From the NCBI GenBank assembly GCA_038065075.1, contig JBBTRQ010000019.1, forward strand, positions 9,456 through 73,455: 64,000 nucleotides of DNA, given 5' to 3'. The notes below the pieces were generated by a model. That model worked only from the letters and a program-made list of their open reading frames with translations. It was not told the DNA's origin and did not search any database. Made by a program: the position numbers and the translations under genes. This DNA comes from Patescibacteria group bacterium (lineage in GTDB: Bacteria > Patescibacteriota > Patescibacteriia > UBA9934 > GWF2-40-263). Shown here in pieces: positions 18,800 to 30,320 of the stretch; positions within the stretch are counted from its first letter, which is position 1; the number at the start of each line of letters is the position of its first letter.

Positions 18800-20248
18800 T
18801 TAATTTGGAGTCTGCTTGTGCCAATTTGTTCGATTTTGATACGTCGCGCCTATGCGGAAGAGCGTGTACTCATCAAATGGCTTACCGAGAATCTGGAGAC
18901 CAACAGGAAGACCGTCGACAAACCCGCACGGCACGGACATTCCTGGAACGGTCGCGAGGTTGGCGGTCACGGTGTAGATGTCGGCGAGGTACATCGCGAG
19001 CGGATCGTTGAACTTCTCGCCGATGTTCCAGGCGACCGTTGGGCTGGTTGGGCAGACGATCGCGTCGACGTTTTTGAATGCCTCGTCGAAGTCTCGCTTG
19101 ATAAGCGTGCGCACTTTAAGCGCCTTGCGGTAGTACGCATCGTAGTAGCCGGCCGAGAGTGTGTAGGAGCCTAGCATGATGCGGCGTTTCACTTCTGTCC
19201 CGAATCCCTCGCCTCGCGTGCGCTCATACGTCTCCTGCAAGTTCTCTCCCCCCGAGTGGTAGCCGTAGCGGAGTCCATCAAATCGTCCCAGGTTCGAGCT
19301 CGCTTCTGCTGGTTGGATGATGTAGTAGGCCGCGAGCGCGTACTCTGAATGCGGCATGGAGATCTCCTGGATCTTTGCGCCAGCTCGCTCTAATTCCGCG
19401 ATCGCCTCTTGCACGACTGTGGCAACCCGCGAATCCATCCCGCTCGCAAAATATTCTTTTGGTACTCCCAGCGTCATGCCGTCGACGGATTTCTCGATGA
19501 GTGCCGGCACCGTGGTGTTGGACAGTTCTGCGGATGTTCCGTCTTTCGGATCACGACCTTCGATGGCTTCCAAGAGTGTAGCGACATCTTCAACGGTTCG
19601 AGCAAAAGAACCGATCTGGTCCATGCTTGAACTTAATGCCATGAGGCCATAACGAGAAACACGACCGTACGTAGGCTTGAGACCAACGATTCCACACAAC
19701 GAAGCTGGTTGCCGAACCGAACCTCCGGTTTCACTTCCAAGCGCCGCTGGGACAAACCCAGCCGCCACCGCGGCGGCGGATCCTCCGCTCGAGCCGCCAG
19801 GCACCTTCGTTTTATCATACGGATTTTTCACCGGTCCGTAATGTGAGTTCTCATTTGACGAGCCCATGGCAAACTCATCACAGTTCGTTCGGCCGATTAA
19901 AATCGCTCCTGCCTTACGTAACCGCTCAATGGCCGTCGCGTCATACGGTGCCCGATATCCTTCCAAAATCTGCGAGCCCCCCGTTGTCTCCCAACCTTTC
20001 ACAACAATCACATCTTTGGTTCCAACAGGGATCCCCGCGAGTGGCCCAAGAGATTCTCCAGCCGCTCGTCGACGGTCGATCTCAATGGCCTCACTCACGG
20101 CCGTGTCTGAAACAGATAAAAAGGCATGGATGTCACTATCCTGTTCCTTGATTCTGTCGAGGTAACTCTTTGTGAGCGCCTCGGCGGTCAGTTCTCCGCT
20201 CGCGAGCTGGTCGCCCGCTTCTTTGATCGTCAATGTTGATACGTCCAT
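18800..20248 (-). CDS. gatA: Glu-tRNA(Gln) amidotransferase subunit A
   Basis: Amidase signature GGSSGGSAAAVAAG and full-length similarity to GatA. Confidence 0.9.
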   Translation of the reverse strand: MDVSTLTIKEAGDQLASGELTAEALTKSYLDRIKEQDSDIHAFLSVSDTAVSEAIEIDRRRAAGESLGPLAGIPVGTKDVIVVKGWETTGGSQILEGYRAPYDATAIERLRKAGAILIGRTNCDEFAMGSSNENSHYGPVKNPYDKTKVPGGSSGGSAAAVAAGFVPAALGSETGGSVRQPASLCGIVGLKPTYGRVSRYGLMALSSSMDQIGSFARTVEDVATLLEAIEGRDPKDGTSAELSNTTVPALIEKSVDGMTLGVPKEYFASGMDSRVATVVQEAIAELERAGAKIQEISMPHSEYALAAYYIIQPAEASSNLGRFDGLRYGYHSGGENLQETYERTRGEGFGTEVKRRIMLGSYTLSAGYYDAYYRKALKVRTLIKRDFDEAFKNVDAIVCPTSPTVAWNIGEKFNDPLAMYLADIYTVTANLATVPGMSVPCGFVDGLPVGLQILGKPFDEYTLFRIGATYQNRTNWHKQTPN

Positions 20249-20250
20249 AC

Positions 20251-20556
20251 CTATTCGGTTCTGTTTTCAAACACCGCTTGTACTTTTAATAAATCCCCCT
20301 CGCGAGCCGTAAAGTTATCGATCGCGCGACGACGCACATCCGGGTCACACCCCTCGATGACATCCTCGCGGAACACATTCACACTCCCAGCCGCGTGCTG
20401 GAACTCGGGAACGTCATCCGTGTTCAGCTCTTGAAGCTTCTCCACGTAGGACAAAATCGAGCTAAGATCTTCTTGATACTTGACGATGTCCTCTTCCTCT
20501 AAATGAAGGCGGGCGAGCTTGGCAATTTTTAAGACTTCTTCTCTAGAAAACTGCAT
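20251..20556 (-). CDS. gatC: Glu-tRNA(Gln) amidotransferase subunit C
   Basis: ~100 aa, 'EEVLKIAKLARLHLEEED...', immediately upstream of gatA. Confidence 0.8.
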   Translation of the reverse strand: MQFSREEVLKIAKLARLHLEEEDIVKYQEDLSSILSYVEKLQELNTDDVPEFQHAAGSVNVFREDVIEGCDPDVRRRAIDNFTAREGDLLKVQAVFENRTE

Positions 20557-20640
20557 AATCGACGAATTACGAATGTTACGAATATACGAATGGGAAAATT
20601 CTATTCGTAATTCGCATATTCGTATCCCATTCGTAATTAG
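20556..20640. promoter_or_regulatory. Iteron-like array: three direct TTACGAAT-type repeats followed by three inverted ATTCGTAA-type repeats
   Basis: AT-rich 85-bp gap between the ligA stop and the gatC start. Repeats seen are TTACGAAT, TTACGAAT, ATACGAAT, then ATTCGTAA, ATTCGTAT, ATTCGTAA. Confidence 0.4.
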
Positions 20641-20643
20641 CGA

Positions 20644-23477
<2,834 letters not shown>

Positions 23478-23606
23478 ACAGGACGATTATACCAAAAAAC
23501 GAGGCAGAGTGCCTCGTTTTGACGCCCCTTAAAGGGGCTGTGAAGTAGATTATTCACAGGGCCTTTCCTGCCCGCCATAGCTTCAGCGACGGCGGGAGGC
23601 CCGTTT

Positions 23607-24110
23607 CTACTGTGCGCAGATTCCCGCTTCCATACCATCTGGCGTGGCACAATTCACTCCCGCCTGAAGTCCGACCGGTGTGAGAGCATTCTCAAGTTCA
23701 AAATGGATCACGTACGATTCCCCTTCTTTCTGAACGCTGTAGCAAAACGCTCGACGCGAAGGCTCACCGCACGTCACGATTCCCTCAAGTCCGTCCTCGT
23801 ACGTTCCTGGGACGACGCGCAGATACGTCGACTCAGCCGTTGAACAATCCCCGCCGAACCCCTCGGAGCCTAAGCAGGTACTTTGCGTCACGTCGCCCAA
23901 TGGCAGAAGCTCACCATCGGGATAGGCGTTCGCCTCATTGAAGTAATCCTCCAGTGCGGACTGGACGATGCGCACGTTGGCGAGGCGCGAGGCATCCCGC
24001 TGTTTGGACCGTGCCGCGTTGACAGCCAGCGCCGCGAACACGACGACGAGCGCGATGATCGCGATGACGACCAGGAGCTCGACGAGGGTAAACCCTTGTT
24101 GTTTTTTCAT
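23607..24110 (-). CDS. Type IV pilin / pseudopilin
   Basis: Prepilin leader plus N-methylation motif KKQQGFTLVELLVVIAIIAL. Confidence 0.8.
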   Translation of the reverse strand: MKKQQGFTLVELLVVIAIIALVVVFAALAVNAARSKQRDASRLANVRIVQSALEDYFNEANAYPDGELLPLGDVTQSTCLGSEGFGGDCSTAESTYLRVVPGTYEDGLEGIVTCGEPSRRAFCYSVQKEGESYVIHFELENALTPVGLQAGVNCATPDGMEAGICAQ

Positions 24111-24520
24111 AAAGATGTTTTCTCTTCTAAGAGACGTTTTACTTTTTTGACGGCTTCAGATGGAACGAAGTGACCCTTGAGAAGATAGCTATCGACTCCG
24201 GCTTCCTGTGCCTTGAGCAGGGTCTTACGGTCGCCGAGCTTTGCCAAACCGACGATCAGCGTACCGGCTGTCTTGGGATCCGACCGCAGACCGGCGATAA
24301 AACCCGTCGACTCGACCAGCGGCTCCAGGTCCACGATGATGACGTCCGGGTGTACTCGCTTGAGTCGTTTGATGGCGCCCGCGAGGGTCTCTTCCACCCA
24401 CACCTTCCACCCGGCGCTTTCAAATCGATTCGCGTAAATACCGGCATAGTACGCGTCTTGATCAAGCATGAGCAGAGACTTCTTTGCCATACTATTCGAT
24501 CTCTCGCATCGCCAGACCAA
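24107..24520 (-). CDS. Stand-alone response-regulator receiver domain (PilH/PilG-like)
   Basis: CheY-like pattern (LMLDQD...VIIVDLE...K) and ~135 aa, embedded in the pilus operon. Confidence 0.55.
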   Translation of the reverse strand: MVWRCERSNSMAKKSLLMLDQDAYYAGIYANRFESAGWKVWVEETLAGAIKRLKRVHPDVIIVDLEPLVESTGFIAGLRSDPKTAGTLIVGLAKLGDRKTLLKAQEAGVDSYLLKGHFVPSEAVKKVKRLLEEKTSL

Positions 24521-25625
24521 CCGCCACGCTCATGCGCGGGCCGATTTCTTCCAGGACGCTTGCGAGATCTTGTGGAAAGACGACGCGTGCCCAGGGGTCG
24601 CCACGGTAGACGTTGAGGTTGAGCGTCTGCGCCAAATACTCCGTCACGCGCGGCAAGTGAGATGAGCCACCCGTCAAAATAATCTTCTCCACCTTCTTGA
24701 TCAGAGCGAGCTCCATGCCTGCGTACAACTGGAACGCAAATCGAATCTCGTTGATGAGCGGAAGCATGAGCACCTCTAACACCTTTGGAAGATCGCCCGT
24801 GAGTCCCGAGCCTGTCGCTGAAGCGGTGCCCAGGTCGCGCTTGATACGCTCGGCATCCTCTTCTGACAAAGACATCTGTTGCATCACCGCGCGCGTGACG
24901 GTGTCCCCTCCCAACTGGATCGAACGCGACACAAACGGAATCCCCTTCTCCACGATCATGATCGTCGTGCGCTGTGAGCCGATATCAATGACCATGATGG
25001 CCCCTTTGTCTTTTCCAACGAGCGCGCGAACAAGCGCGAGCGATTCCGTGTCGATGGCTTGAAGGTTGAGCTTCGCCGCTTTAAAAATTTCGATGTACTT
25101 CTGGATGAACGACTTGGCCGACCCCGTGACCATCGCGCGAAACTGCTTTTGCTTCCCCTTTTCCATCTCCCCACCCGCCATAGCTTTAGCGACGGCGGGT
25201 TCCCCCTTTTTTCCTTTCTCGGGTTTCTTTTCCTCGTCCAAATACGTCGTCTGGATAATCATCTCGGAAAGGGGCAGTGGCGCGAGCTTCCCAACCTCTG
25301 CGTCCACGGCAGCCTGTTTCGCCCGCGCGTCTTTTCCGTCGGTGAGTGAAAGAATCGTCGCAAACACTCGCGAGGTCGGAAGCGCGGCCATCGCGGAAGT
25401 GGATTTGGTTCCGGCTTCCTTGCACACGCGCGCGAGCAACTCGCCGGTTCGCTTAGGCTGGTCAAACAAAGACTCTCCTGCTTCTTCAACGGGAATCTCC
25501 GCGTATCCGTACGTCATCAAAATGGGCCGACCCTTCTTTGCCTCAAACTCGACGACCTTAATACTGCTAGCGCCGATGTCGACCCCCAAAAAACTTTTTG
25601 GCTGTTTCTTTCCGAACAAGCCCAT
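24492..25625 (-). CDS. pilM: Type IV pilus assembly ATPase-fold protein PilM (actin/FtsA-like)
   Basis: 'FLGVDIGASSIKVVEF' N-terminal actin-fold motif. Contains an in-frame repeat-family-B insertion (GEPAVAKAMAGGE). Confidence 0.75.
   Translation of the reverse strand: MGLFGKKQPKSFLGVDIGASSIKVVEFEAKKGRPILMTYGYAEIPVEEAGESLFDQPKRTGELLARVCKEAGTKSTSAMAALPTSRVFATILSLTDGKDARAKQAAVDAEVGKLAPLPLSEMIIQTTYLDEEKKPEKGKKGEPAVAKAMAGGEMEKGKQKQFRAMVTGSAKSFIQKYIEIFKAAKLNLQAIDTESLALVRALVGKDKGAIMVIDIGSQRTTIMIVEKGIPFVSRSIQLGGDTVTRAVMQQMSLSEEDAERIKRDLGTASATGSGLTGDLPKVLEVLMLPLINEIRFAFQLYAGMELALIKKVEKIILTGGSSHLPRVTEYLAQTLNLNVYRGDPWARVVFPQDLASVLEEIGPRMSVAVGLAMREIE
25174..25199. repeat. Repeat family B copy, inside pilM and in frame
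   Basis: CCCGCCATAGCTTTAGCGACGGCGGG. Family consensus is CCCGCCGTCGCT-N-AGCTATGGCGGG. Other copies at 5140-5167, 16122-16148, 23571-23596, 52585-52610, 53247-53278, 54923-54952. Confidence 0.65.
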
Positions 25626-25647
25626 AGGTAGGAACAGTATAACACAA

Positions 25648-26052
25648 TTAACACCTCTGTTCATCGAGACATTTGTTCACGAGCGCGTCGGCTTCCTTGT
25701 TCTTCTCGCGACGCACGTGCGTGAACGACACGTGGTCAAATTTGTGCAATAAATTCTTCACTTCCAAAAACCGCTTGGCGATTTCCGGATCCTTCACGCG
25801 ATACTCGCCCTTGAGCTGTTTGGTTGCGAGCTCAGAATCCATAAAGAGCGAGACCTGCGTTGCCCCAAGCTTGGCGGCGCGCTCGAGTCCGATGATGATG
25901 GCGGTGTACTCGGCCTGGTTATTCGTCGTCTTGCCAAGATACTTCATCACCTCCGCGATCAGCTCCCCATCTGGCGACTTAATCACCGCTCCGCTCGCGG
26001 CCGGCCCCGGATTCCCTCTCGCCCCACCGTCTGTGTAAATGTGTACGTGCAT
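25648..26052 (-). CDS. rnhA: Ribonuclease HI
   Basis: 'HIYTDGGARGNPGPAASGAV...NQAEYTAII...DSELATKQL...' matches the RNase H fold catalytic residues. Start set at MHVHIY. Confidence 0.8.
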   Translation of the reverse strand: MHVHIYTDGGARGNPGPAASGAVIKSPDGELIAEVMKYLGKTTNNQAEYTAIIIGLERAAKLGATQVSLFMDSELATKQLKGEYRVKDPEIAKRFLEVKNLLHKFDHVSFTHVRREKNKEADALVNKCLDEQRC

Positions 26053-26065
26053 AAATTGCCCCCCG

Positions 26066-26141
26066 TCATTGCGAGGAGGCCATAGGCCGACGAAGCAATC
26101 CTCAAAGATTGCTTCGCTCCCTTCGGTCGCTCGCAATGACG
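26066..26141. repeat. Repeat family C copy (~75-bp long imperfect palindrome)
   Basis: GTCATTGCGAGGAG...GACGAAGCAATC...GATTGCTTCGC...CTCGCAATGAC. Other copies at 52522-52585, 63137-63204 (in frame in uvrA), and a partial copy at 49094-49139. Confidence 0.65.
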
Positions 26142-26144
26142 AGA

Positions 26145-27944
26145 CTAGTGAGTTTGTAAATCTACAATACGAATTTGGAGCTGTCGGTTGCCGTTCCATT
26201 CGTTCACCTGAATCTCGAAGGCGACGTCGATCTGTGCGCCGTACGTCAACTTCGTGATCCAGCTCCCAAATCCAAATCCAATCGCCTCCACCAGTTTACC
26301 AGTTGCCGAAGCTAAACGCAGTTTAAGATGTCCACCGTCACGACCGACCGTTGAAAACGCGGCCACGCTCACGTTGCGCGAGACGAACACCGGAACAGGA
26401 TTCCCCGTTCCAAACGGATGAAAGGCCTGAAGCTCGTCGAACAGCTCCCAGGTAATTTTCTCGAGCGGAATCTCTGCGTCGATCGTGAGTCGCGGTTCGA
26501 GATCCTCTGGCTTCAGTTCTCTCGCGGCAAATTCTTTCATCATCTCCATGGCCTTGTGGAATCGCTCCTCGCCGCTCACGGAAAAACCGCACGCCTGCGG
26601 ATGGCCGCCGAACTTGTCCAAAAACTCGCTGGCATAGTGAAGGGCCTTGGTTACATCAAACCCCTCGATACTCCGACCTGAACCGACAAACTTCTCCCCG
26701 TCTTGTCCCACAACCAATACCGGTCGGTGATACTCGTTCATCAATTTTCCGGCGACGAGACCGACGAGCCCCGCGCCCCAACCTTCCTGATACGCAACGA
26801 TCAACGATTCGCCGATGGCCTCGCCAATCTGCTTCTTTGCCTGCTCAAACATGAGCTGTGAGGCCTTCTGCCGCTCGACGTTGAGTTCATGAAGTCTCAT
26901 CGCCAGCGCTGTCGCGCGCACGTCATCCTCTTCGACGAGCAGATCAAGCGCTTCGCTGGCATGTGTCATGCGACCAGCGGCGTTCAAACGTGGACCAATC
27001 TGGAACCCGATAGAAACCGTGTCGAGCTCCCCAAGTTTTGAACCGGACACGTCGAGGAGTTTCTGAATACCTTTGCGGCGTGTCTTGTTGAGGACGAGGA
27101 GTCCATACTTCTCAAGCACGCGATTCTCACCACGCAGGGGCATCACGTCCGTCACGGTCGCGATCGCCACCAGATCGAGGAGCCATTTCTCATGACCATC
27201 AGGAAATGCCCCTCCACGATTTCGAGCCTCGACAATAAGAGCGCTCGCCAGCTTGAACGCCACGCCCGTTCCGCACAGATGCTTGTTGGGAAACGTTTCG
27301 CCTGGCACCAACGGGTGGATGAGAATGGCGGAAGTCGGGAGCTGTGCGGGCATGGTGTGATGATCACAAACGATCGTGTCGATCCCCAGCGTGGCGCCGC
27401 GGTCGATGGCCGGCTTGTTCGAAATCCCGCAGTCGACCGTGATGACCAGCTCTGTGTTCTCGTGTTCGTTCAAATGCTCGATCGTCTCAATAGACATCCC
27501 ATATCCTTCTTTCTCGCGGTGCGGGATGTACGTCGTGATCTTGGTTTCGTCAAAAGAAGAGATTGCTTCGGTCCCGCCACGCTTCGCTCGCGGCTTCGGC
27601 GTACTCCCTCGCAATGACACAGAACGTAACGCCCGGCAAATCTCCCGCAGGGTCGTGACGAGCACGGCCGTCCCGCACGTGCCGTCCGCATCGTAGTCGC
27701 CGTGAATCGTGATGACCTCAGCCCGCTCGAGAGCTTGGAACACACGCCCCACGGCCCGTTTCATGTGTAAAAAAAGCTCGGGACCAAACGTGTCCCGGCT
27801 CCAATCTGGTCCCAAAAAAATATCCATCTCTCCTTGCGTCTTGAGACCCCGATTCCAGAGCAACTGCAAAATAACGTCGTCGAGTTCAGGAAACTGACGT
27901 TGCACGTCTTGTGAGACTGGTTCCTGAACCATCCAACGTTTCAT
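26145..27944 (-). CDS. recJ: Single-stranded-DNA-specific exonuclease RecJ
   Basis: DHH motif (ITIHGDYDADGTCGTAV) and DHHA1 domain. An extra ~25-aa segment (STPKPRAKRGGTEAISS) resembles a repeat-family-D insertion. Confidence 0.85.
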   Translation of the reverse strand: MKRWMVQEPVSQDVQRQFPELDDVILQLLWNRGLKTQGEMDIFLGPDWSRDTFGPELFLHMKRAVGRVFQALERAEVITIHGDYDADGTCGTAVLVTTLREICRALRSVSLRGSTPKPRAKRGGTEAISSFDETKITTYIPHREKEGYGMSIETIEHLNEHENTELVITVDCGISNKPAIDRGATLGIDTIVCDHHTMPAQLPTSAILIHPLVPGETFPNKHLCGTGVAFKLASALIVEARNRGGAFPDGHEKWLLDLVAIATVTDVMPLRGENRVLEKYGLLVLNKTRRKGIQKLLDVSGSKLGELDTVSIGFQIGPRLNAAGRMTHASEALDLLVEEDDVRATALAMRLHELNVERQKASQLMFEQAKKQIGEAIGESLIVAYQEGWGAGLVGLVAGKLMNEYHRPVLVVGQDGEKFVGSGRSIEGFDVTKALHYASEFLDKFGGHPQACGFSVSGEERFHKAMEMMKEFAARELKPEDLEPRLTIDAEIPLEKITWELFDELQAFHPFGTGNPVPVFVSRNVSVAAFSTVGRDGGHLKLRLASATGKLVEAIGFGFGSWITKLTYGAQIDVAFEIQVNEWNGNRQLQIRIVDLQTH

Positions 27945-29812
27945 GAATCTCGTTTCAGTACTTTTAGGTAGGCGTCTGTTGGAATGCTGACACGCCCTTT
28001 TCCAAGCGCGGCCATCTTTGCCTTTCCTTTTTTCTGTTTCTCGAGAAGCTTGCGCTTACGCGTCACGTCGCCGCCATAGAGGCCGGCTGTCACGTCTTTA
28101 CGCATCGCGGAAATCCGTTCCGAGGCGACGACTTTACCTCCCACGCTCGCTTGCAGTTTGATAACGAAATTCTGACGCGGGATCGTGTCCTTCAACACCG
28201 CGGTGATACGCCGCCCGGCTCGATCTGCTTCGTCGCGGTAGACCAGGGTGGAAAAAGCGTCCACCGGTTCTTCCGCAACCAAGATGTCCATCTTCACCAC
28301 GTCGGCCGGTCGGTAATCAATCACCTCGTAGTTGAGCGACGCGTAGCCAGCCGTGATGCTTTTGAGTTTATCGTAAAAATCCACGATGATCATGGCAAGC
28401 GGAATCTGATAGTGGAGAATGGCACGATCGCCAGCGAGATACTCGGTTGTCTCATACAACCCCCGTCGTTCCTGCATGAGCTGCATAATGGCGCCGATGT
28501 AGGAACTGGGACTGACAATATCGACCTTCACCCATGGTTCACGAATGACCTCGATGTGCGAGGGGTCGGGAAGCTCAAGCGGACTCTTGATCACGATAGT
28601 CTCACCGCGGCGCAGAACCACCTCATACGCCACAGACGGCACTGTCACGACCAGACTCATGTTGAACTCACGCTCAAGTCGCTCTTTGAGAATCTCCAGG
28701 TGCAACATGCCCAGCAGTCCACAACGGAATCCAAAACCCAGCGCCGGCGAGTGCTCGGACTCATAGACCAACGCGGAGTCGTTTAATTTGAGACGCTCAA
28801 TCGCTTCGCGCAAACGATGGAAATCATCACCCTCCTGCGGAAAGACACCGGCGAACACCATCGGTTTGACTTCCTTATAGCCAGGAAGCGCAGGCGGGAG
28901 ATGATCAGCAGGAACGGTAATGGTGTCACCAACTCGACAACCGCTGAGATCCTTGAGTCCGGTGACGATGTACCCAATTTGTCCAGCCTCTAACGTATCA
29001 GCAGATTTGAGAGCCCCCGGCGTGATCGCCCCGGTCTCAAGCACCTGAATGTCGGCGCCGGTGGCGATCATCTTTACCTTTTTGCCTTTGTGCAGGGCGC
29101 CGTCGACGACACGGATATATGCCATCACTCCTCGGTAGTCGTCGTAGAACGAATCAAAAATGAGGGCACGCGTAGGTGCGGCAGGGTCGCCAGACGGAGG
29201 TGGAAACCGTTGGACGATCGCATCAAGCAATTCCATCACCCCCTGTCCCGTCTTTCCACTCACCGCCAAAATCTCCTCGGGCTTACACCCGATAAGGGAC
29301 ACGATCTCAGCCGTGCGCGCTGGGATATCCGCCGCCGGCAGATCAATCTTGTTGAGGACGGGAATGATCTCGAGGTTCTCCTCAAGTGCGAGATACAAGT
29401 TTCCAATCGTCTGCGCCTGCACGCCCTGTGTGGCGTCGACGAGCAAGATCGCTCCCTCCACGGCCGCAAGAGACCGACTCACTTCGTAATTGAAGTCAAC
29501 GTGTCCCGGTGTGTCGATGAGGTTCAGGATGTATGTATCGGGGGGTACTTGCCGATCCAGATGGGATCCCTCGACTCGCTTCGCTCGCTCGGGATGACCC
29601 CCGCCAGAATACTTATAACCCATTCTGGCAGGGGTCAGCTTAATCGTGATCCCGCGCTCGCGTTCGATGTCCATGGAGTCGAGGATTTGCGCCTTCATGT
29701 TGCGTTTGTCTACCGCGCCGGTCAATTCCAAAAGCCGATCCGCGAGGGTCGACTTTCCATGATCGATGTGGGCGATGATACAGAAGTTTCGAATGTGCGC
29801 TTGATCGGCCAT
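27941..29812 (-). CDS. lepA: Elongation factor 4 (LepA)
   Basis: G-domain motifs AHIDHGKST and DTPGHVDF plus a LepA-specific C-terminus. Carries an in-frame repeat-family-D insertion (SGGGHPERAKRVEGSHLDRQVPP) between G1 and G3. Confidence 0.9.
   Translation of the reverse strand: MADQAHIRNFCIIAHIDHGKSTLADRLLELTGAVDKRNMKAQILDSMDIERERGITIKLTPARMGYKYSGGGHPERAKRVEGSHLDRQVPPDTYILNLIDTPGHVDFNYEVSRSLAAVEGAILLVDATQGVQAQTIGNLYLALEENLEIIPVLNKIDLPAADIPARTAEIVSLIGCKPEEILAVSGKTGQGVMELLDAIVQRFPPPSGDPAAPTRALIFDSFYDDYRGVMAYIRVVDGALHKGKKVKMIATGADIQVLETGAITPGALKSADTLEAGQIGYIVTGLKDLSGCRVGDTITVPADHLPPALPGYKEVKPMVFAGVFPQEGDDFHRLREAIERLKLNDSALVYESEHSPALGFGFRCGLLGMLHLEILKERLEREFNMSLVVTVPSVAYEVVLRRGETIVIKSPLELPDPSHIEVIREPWVKVDIVSPSSYIGAIMQLMQERRGLYETTEYLAGDRAILHYQIPLAMIIVDFYDKLKSITAGYASLNYEVIDYRPADVVKMDILVAEEPVDAFSTLVYRDEADRAGRRITAVLKDTIPRQNFVIKLQASVGGKVVASERISAMRKDVTAGLYGGDVTRKRKLLEKQKKGKAKMAALGKGRVSIPTDAYLKVLKRDS
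29564..29600. repeat. Repeat family D copy, inside lepA and in frame
   Basis: GGGATCCCTCGACTCGCTTCGCTCGCTCGGGATGACC. Other copies at 18733-18770, 44121-44180, 44251-44298, 60914-60962, with diverged copies in dus (40447-40490), rimK-like (41645-41682) and recJ. Confidence 0.65.
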
Positions 29813-29870
29813 AATCGCGACTATCCTACCTAAAATAGAAAAGACGCGCTAGTTGCGCGTCTGCGTGGCG

Positions 29871-30170
29871 CTAGGCGAACAGGAGGATCCCGCCGATCAT
29901 GCCGACCACGAAGCTGCAGGCGCTAACGCCGACCCAGACCGTGTGCCATGAGTGCAACCACGGCCATGGATCGGGCGCGGGCTGCAGGGCAGCGAGCGCC
30001 TGAACGGTTACGGTGTCATCGAGCTCGAGCTCGAGAACCTGTTCCTCGACGGGCGGCCGCCAAAACGGCGCCCCGACCGTGTCGTCCGGTCGCATGAGCG
30101 GCTGTGGCTTCTGCGGGACGATCACGTCGACAATCGTGGTCTCTTCTCCCCTTCGCGTCGATGCGTGCAT
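29871..30170 (-). CDS. Hypothetical small protein with a C-terminal TM segment
   Basis: GC-rich ORF at the left edge of the WD40/AAA island. Weak support. Confidence 0.2.
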   Translation of the reverse strand: MHASTRRGEETTIVDVIVPQKPQPLMRPDDTVGAPFWRPPVEEQVLELELDDTVTVQALAALQPAPDPWPWLHSWHTVWVGVSACSFVVGMIGGILLFA

Positions 30171-30262
30171 TGATCCTCCTCAAGATGAATAGCACGGCGA
30201 AAGGATACAGAACCATCGCCAACCAGTCAATCCCAGTTAAGCAACAGGTCTAATATGTTCCC

Positions 30263-30292
30263 TCAAGAAAAGAACCATCAGATGATGGTTCT
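30263..30292 (-). terminator. Intrinsic terminator of WD40 paralog 1
   Basis: AGAACCATC-agat-GATGGTTCT followed by TTTTCTTG on the minus strand. Confidence 0.5.
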
Positions 30293-30320
30293 TTGACGAA
30301 TGTTCCGGACGGCGTTTGTC

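Noticed and set aside
18554-19174. 206-aa + ORF spanning the lgt-gatA junction
   Set aside because: It runs antisense through gatA and the family-D repeat. No support.
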